Of a stretch of DNA of 64,000 bases, positions 60,711 to 64,000 are shown piece after piece. Source of the DNA: Antechinus flavipes (taxonomy: Eukaryota). Within the stretch, counting starts at the first letter, position 1. The number at the start of each line of letters is the position of its first letter. The notes beneath the pieces are model-generated. The model was not told the DNA's origin and ran no database searches. It saw nothing but the letters and a program-made list of their open reading frames with translations. The stretch spans positions 102,982,001 to 103,046,000 of the forward strand of contig NC_067402.1 in assembly GCF_016432865.1 (NCBI RefSeq). Reading direction: 5' to 3'. The position numbers were made by a program, and so were the translations under genes.

Positions 60711-61869
60711 GACATTTTTCTTTCTTTTCTTTTTTTATTAAAACTTTTTATTTTCAAAACATATGCATGGATAATTTTTCAACACTGATCCTTACAAAAA
60801 CTTGTGCTCTGAATTTCCCCCCATTCCCTCCCTTAGATGGTAAGTAATCCAATATATGAATAACTGACATTTTCAAAGTACTTTGTGGTTTACTAAAAAA
60901 AAATCTACTATAAATATTATTGCAGGTGATATGCTCAACAATTCTCTAATGTTGATAATATATTATCCTTACTTTACATGTAAGGAAACAGAAACTCAGA
61001 AAAAGGAAACATCTTACCCATAGTCACATAGCTAATAGAGAGGAGACTCAGCACTAGAATCCAAGCCTCATGACCACAAATCTGGTGTTCTTTCTACCAT
61101 GCCGTAGCAGCTGCCAAGAGTAGTTTTAAAAGTTTTTAAAATGTAGCTTTGCTCAAAATGCATACCTTGTGGTCAAATTATTCTAAAGGACAGACTGTGT
61201 ATCAGTCCAAATGAGTTTGTGATTAATTTACAACTAGGCTCTGTAGGGCAGATTTATAATAACAATTAAGCTGAAGGAAAATGGACCATAAATTTTGACT
61301 GGGCACATCGAGATCCAGTGAAAAGAAATGAGTAGAGTTTAGCAAGATCAAAAGTCAATAATTTCAGAATAAAGTAACAGAGCAATGAGGGAGGTCAGCT
61401 TATACGGATGGAAGGAGTTGGCATTTTTCTTCTTTTATCTCTAAAATCCAAATTTAGCTAACAGTCTGAAATGCCAACATTTCAAGGATCTTATGAATGA
61501 TGAAACACATTTTCCTATTTTATAACCAGAGTAGCAAAACTAGTTCCAATCCCTAATTATTTCTTTTAAGATGTTATTTGTTTCTCTCTCAAGTTGCTGT
61601 GTTTGCACATGCTTAGAGAAAATGCAGAAAAAAACTACCAGGAAGTTTGTTTTCTACATGGAGATTATAGTGCTAGTTCTGTGTCTTGGACATTTTAGAT
61701 TTGCAGTAAATATTTGCTAACTGAATGAATGAGTGAATGAATAAGCGAATGACTTGATTACAGTTGTTTTAAGTTAACTTTTGAGGGGAGAGGGAGGGAA
61801 AACCTCAATAGAATTTGAAAGCTGGATTCCTCAGTCTCCCTTATCCTGTACATTCATTCCAATCATAAA

Positions 61870-62700
61870 CCTGTAACTCTATAACACATCTAGCATACAT
61901 CCCCTTTTTTCCACTCAAGCTAGCTCACATCACCTCTCACCTGAATTTTTATAGGACTCCTTAAAAGCTTTTCCTGCTTCTAATCTCTTCCTTTTTTAAT
62001 TATGCCATACCAGTTGCCAAAATAATCTTCCTAGCACATAAATCAGATCACGTCATTCCTTTACTCAATAGTTTCCATGATTTCTTATTACCTTTAAAAT
62101 CAACTACAAACTTCTCTTCTTAAAGTCCTTCACAACCCAGCTCTAATTTAATTGAGCATCATTTTTCCTTATCCACTCTTCGGTTCAGTTAAACTGACTT
62201 TCTTGCTGTTTCTAACGTTCAATTTAGTTCAAAAAACATTTATTAGGTACTTAGTATGTGCCAGGTAAAAGAAAGATAGTTTCTACCTCTAGGAAGCTTA
62301 CAATCTAATGGGAGAAGATAATACCCAAAGCTGAGATTGGAGTGGGGAGGAGGAGGTAGGGTTGTGAGATATTCCATCCCCCAAATCTAAGACTTCAGAG
62401 GCAAAAAGCTGTCCCTGATGCCTGTTCTGACTTATGTATTCCCTCCTGGCTTCTATCTTCTAGAATCCTTGGTTTGCTTCAAAACTCAGTTGAACTGTCA
62501 TCTCCTCAATGAGCTTTCCCCCCTTATGATCCTCCAGATTCTAGTGCTTCCGCTGCCTCCAATCTCCCCTTTCACCTTGTATTTATTTTTATATAATTGC
62601 AAACATGCTGATAAGAATGTAAGCTCCTTGAGGGCAGGAATTTTGTCACCTGGCACAATGCTTTACACAGGGAGTAATTAATAAATGTGGGTTAATCCAC
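61870..62700 (+). mobile_element. L2 LINE 3' region with nested pieces
   Basis: gttgccaaaataatcttcctagcaca..aatcagatca.gtcattcctttactca and the 3' terminus gaatgtaagctccttgagggcagg...ataaatgt. Confidence 0.65.
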
Positions 62701-63099
62701 CAAAAAGAAAGAAATAGCACAAAGTAAAGTGTCCATTGATTCTGAGCTAAAATTTAAAGAAAGTAGATTAGGCACAGCCTCAAATGCTTATTTAGTTCAA
62801 TCAAAGAAATAGTGATTTAGTTCCTATCACATACAAGTCTCAGTGCCAGGAGCAAGATGCTTAGTAAGACAAAAAGAAATATTCCCTGCCTTCAAGGAGA
62901 TTAAAATCTATCAGGAGAGATATGAATGCATAAAAAGTAATTTCAAAAGGGAAGAAGGCAGTGACAAAAAGGCAAATCAGAAAAGTCCTGGTGTGTAAGA
63001 GGGTGATAGAAGCTGTGTTTGAGGGAAACTAGGGATTCTACCAGGTTAAAGTACATTAAAAAATATACCAATGACCAAGTGTGGGTAACAAAATAAACT

Positions 63100-64000
63100 T
63101 GCAGTTTAAACACAAGAATATAAACACAATCTCCTAGATGAATAAAACTTGGAGTGATGAGACTCATGGCTAGATTATGACACTTGGAAAGAAACTATTT
63201 TTTGGAAGAAATAGAGGAATAAACACTATTGTAAAGAAGATATCTCCTTTTATGGAAGCCCATGAACCTGACGGGGAATGCATTTGAGTGACAAAAAAAG
63301 AGAGAGAAATGGAAATATGAGATTTAATTGTTGTGGGAGCATACTATATACTACCTGGCTAGATTATCAATGATATGTTGATACCAATAACACAGTAACT
63401 TTCACAGTTGTAGATATGGAAGTGACAGAGACTTCAACTATATTAATATGGATGGGAAACAGAATTCTATGAAATTCATTAAAATAAATTCTTTATTTCC
63501 CTTGCCAACATTTTCATGCCTCATAGTAGAAGAAGGAACAGAAAGAAGCATTATTCTGAGGATTAATGCTGACCAATAAGAAAGAATTAGTTGGTGATAT
63601 AGAAGTGACAGGAATTTCAAGAAAAATAACTATTTTAAAGTTCATTGGAAAAAGGAAAAGGAATGTTCGATGTTAGATGTTGTTGTATAGTAGATGGTGA
63701 TTTTCAAATGTTAAGAAAAAAACTTATTAGATGATTAGAACTACAAATGGAAATAATGACTTCAAAGAGATTGATGGTGTTAAAGAAATAAGCAAATCAC
63801 AGAGAGGAAGGAAAGAAAGAGTCATGCAGGGAAATCAGTATGATGATACAGGTAGTAGCTCTCTGACCCATCCTTTAAAAAGGATATGAGGATTCTGATG
63901 GACTTGGCAATGAGATGAACCAAATCAGTTCTAATGGAGCAGTAATGAACTGAACCAGCTACACTAAGAAAAAGAATTATGACTATGAATCACATACATA
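63100..64000 (+). mobile_element. CR1/L3 LINE ORF2 endonuclease region, degraded; runs off the window
   Basis: attgttgtgggagcatactat, gagacttcaactat (GDFNY-like) and atgctgaccaataagaaagaattagttggtgatatagaagtgacagga (LTNKEELV-like). Confidence 0.7.

Overview
Eukaryotic, repeat-rich mammalian DNA. The repeat complement (L1 with a long inter-ORF spacer, WSINE1/MAR1/MIR-type CORE-SINEs, RTE tails, L2, CR1/L3, hAT MITEs) points to a marsupial, probably a dasyurid; this is inference. Five short N gaps next to simple repeats suggest a short-read assembly. I could not identify any host protein-coding gene. The only confidently recognised protein is LINE-1 ORF1p (500-1420, minus), in the 5' half of a young L1 whose native start codon is frameshifted. 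The standout structure is a 1,562-bp composite at 41892-43453. It is built from four U3-end copies of one ERV LTR that are identical over their shared 175 bp, two pieces of ERV 3' internal sequence with a polypurine tract, and a captured SINE head. Both ends are the LTR U3 end in inverted orientation (TGTAATGGG...CCCATTACA; 230-bp inverted repeats, the first 212 bp perfect). The unit is flanked by a 6-bp target-site duplication (ATGTAG). It looks like an integrase-inserted fold-back (copy-back) retroviral DNA. Secondary observations: an ORF0-like antisense ATG plus splice donor in the L1 5'UTR, an L1 carrying a replaced or transduced 3' tail, an internal L1 RT fragment without tail or TSD inside an RTE remnant, a 7SL retrocopy, a CpG island, a 51-bp codon-length minisatellite, and an unexplained coding-like segment at about 9.5-18 kb. 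Family names come from recall of consensus sequences, not from a database search. Boundaries of old repeats are approximate.
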